From Octopus sinensis (taxonomy: Eukaryota), in NCBI RefSeq assembly GCF_006345805.1, contig NW_021835923.1, forward strand, positions 1 to 38,948: a stretch of DNA of 38,948 nucleotides, read 5' to 3'. Positions 37,131 through 38,948 of this stretch are shown here, piece by piece (within the stretch, counting starts at the first letter, position 1; each line of letters opens with the position of its first letter). The translations under genes were made by a program, and so were the position numbers. The notes below the pieces were generated by a model, which saw nothing but the letters and a program-made list of their open reading frames with translations, was not told the DNA's origin and made no database searches.

Positions 37131-37314
37131 CCGAATTATATAGATAGAAAAAGAAAGAAGCACGTCGTATCAATGTATATATATGTGAGCGAATGGGTAA
37201 AAATATAAGAAAATTTGACCAAACCAGAACACACATAAAATTCGTAGCTAATTCCTCATTAATCAACATCTAGTAGATCATAACAAAAGTAAAAATACAT
37301 ATATATATATATAT

Positions 37315-37822
37315 CTCTTCTCTTCTCCCGTCTGTCTTGATAGACAATGGGTCGCGCCAAGGGTGGGGCCTACTTTGATGATGAGCAGCGTCTGCTGTGA
37401 CTGAACAGTCCAATTCTAGAGTGGCAGTCCCTGGTACAGTTGCTGCACACGAACATCGATGGGTACGTGTGGGGTGTTGCTGCAGTTGTCCTCCTCCTGT
37501 CCCGCCTGTCCGACCACAGCTGTGCTCTCCTTTCCTCAGCCATGGAAACGCCTTTCCTCACTGTCCGACGCCAGGCAGAGCGGTCAGCAGCTGTTACCTC
37601 CCACGTGTCCACACAGATGTTGGCAGTCCTCAGGTCGCGCTTGCACACATCCCTGTATCGTAGCTGTGGACGTCCCTTGGGTCGGGATCCCATGGTGAGT
37701 TCGCTGTACAGGATGTCTTTAGGCATGCGACCGTCCTGCATGTGGCAGACGTGTCCGAGCCAGCGCAGTCGTCTCCGCACGAGGAGGGTATGCATGCTTG
37801 GCATATTAGTCTGTTCTAGGAT
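37315..37822 (-). mobile_element. 5'-truncated RTE (BovB-like) LINE 3' end with C-terminal zinc finger
   Basis: Uninterrupted ORF 37370-37804 with RRLRWLGHV, GRMPKDILYSEL, RPKGRPQLRYRDVCKRDL, DRSAWR and CSNCTRDCHSRIGLFSHSRRC; short 3' UTR and (GAAGA) tail. Confidence 0.93.
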
Positions 37823-37969
37823 TCATATACATATGAATAAATGTAAAACACAATGAGAGACAATTAAGGAAGAGACCGACTGTTATTACTCCCTATTTGA
37901 AGCTTCCAACGACAAGATAGGAAACTTTCATAAAGCAGCAACATCCATATATATATATATATATATATA

Positions 37970-38948
37970 TAAGTGATCAAATGTTATATTTAATTGAAAT
38001 TTAATCGTCAATGTACTTTCCCTGATTATCTCTGTTTTTTGGTTTCAAAGCGAAGAACTCTGAAATGTCAGTTTCGACCTCCTCCTGCCTTGCGAAAGTT
38101 ATGTCCCCCAAATGATTCTGTAAACTACGAAACAAATGGTAATCTGAAGGAGCAAGATCAGGAGATTGAGGTGGATGAGGAATTTTTTCCCACCCAAGCT
38201 CTTCGATCTTCTGTGATGTGATCTTTGCAGTGTGGAGTCACGCGTTGTCCTGATGAAACATCACTCCTTTTTGATTCATTAAAGCTGGTCTTTTTTTCTT
38301 CAAAGCTTGGTTCAAAGGCTCTAATTGCTGACAGTAAACTTGAGCATTGATTGTTGCATTTTATGGTGACAATTCAAAGTGAATTAATCCTTTTGCAATC
38401 CCACCAGATAGAGAGAAGAACCTTTTTCCCATGAAGTTCTCTTCTCGGTTGTGGTTGAGATTTTCCCTTTTACCAAGCCACTGTTTACGACGTTTAACAT
38501 TTCGATAGAAGATACATTTATCGTCACCAGTCACAAGTCTATCCAAAAAGAGTGAAAAGAGTTCGCAAGAATGGAGAGAATGGCAGATGTCAACTCGGGA
38601 TTCGCGGTTGCTTTGGGTCAATTCATGAGTTTTCCAAGTTTAGGAACCTTTAGAAGTTGATGAAGATGATGATAAACAGTGGTATGGTTTGAACTAAGCT
38701 TTATTGCCTATTCCTCCACTGATAATGCAGGATTTTCTTCAAGTAATGCCTGAAGGAGCTTATCATCAAACTCAACTGGACGTCCTGTTCGATCTTCATC
38801 ATCAATGCTAAAATTTCCACTTCTGAATTTTGCAAGCCATCTTCTCCAAGTTCTTTCATTCAAGCATTCTTTCCCATAAATAGAGTGTATATTTCAAGTC
38901 GCTTCGGCTGCAGACTTCCCTTTTTTTTACACATAATGCAGTATGTGC
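37970..38948 (-). pseudogene. Decayed mariner (DD34D-type) transposase with terminal repeat; runs off the window end
   Basis: KKGKSAAEAT, RWLAKFRSGNFSIDDEDRTGRPVE, FLDRLVTGDDKCIFY and SPDLAPSDYHLFRSLQNHL; stops and frameshifts; end taagtgatcaaa abuts (TA)n. Confidence 0.93.

Noticed and set aside
1-38948. CRISPR arrays, rRNA or intact tRNA genes, prokaryotic operons
   Set aside because: None seen; tRNA-like boxes belong to SINE heads and the repeats are simple or TE-derived.

Overview
Eukaryotic, AT-rich, gene-poor (intronic or intergenic) DNA. The SINE families look like those I recall from Octopus genomes; this is recognition, not a search result. Much of the window is microsatellite, so nearly all entries in the ORF track are repeat artefacts. 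Supported elements: many tRNA-derived SINE copies from about three families, two 5'-truncated RTE-clade LINE ends (one with an 11-bp TSD), a decayed CR1/L2-type reverse transcriptase, two decayed mariner transposases and a decayed Tc1-like transposase resembling the TRT/DD37E group. The most interesting observation is a ~190-bp element present three times next to (TA)n. On the minus strand it carries a minimal type-I hammerhead-ribozyme-like fold with a non-consensus core. Also notable: a perfect 24-bp hairpin present in only one copy of a local duplication, and a phase-compatible chain of small candidate exons on the minus strand. No complete host gene could be identified, and I cannot support a claim of a wholly new system.
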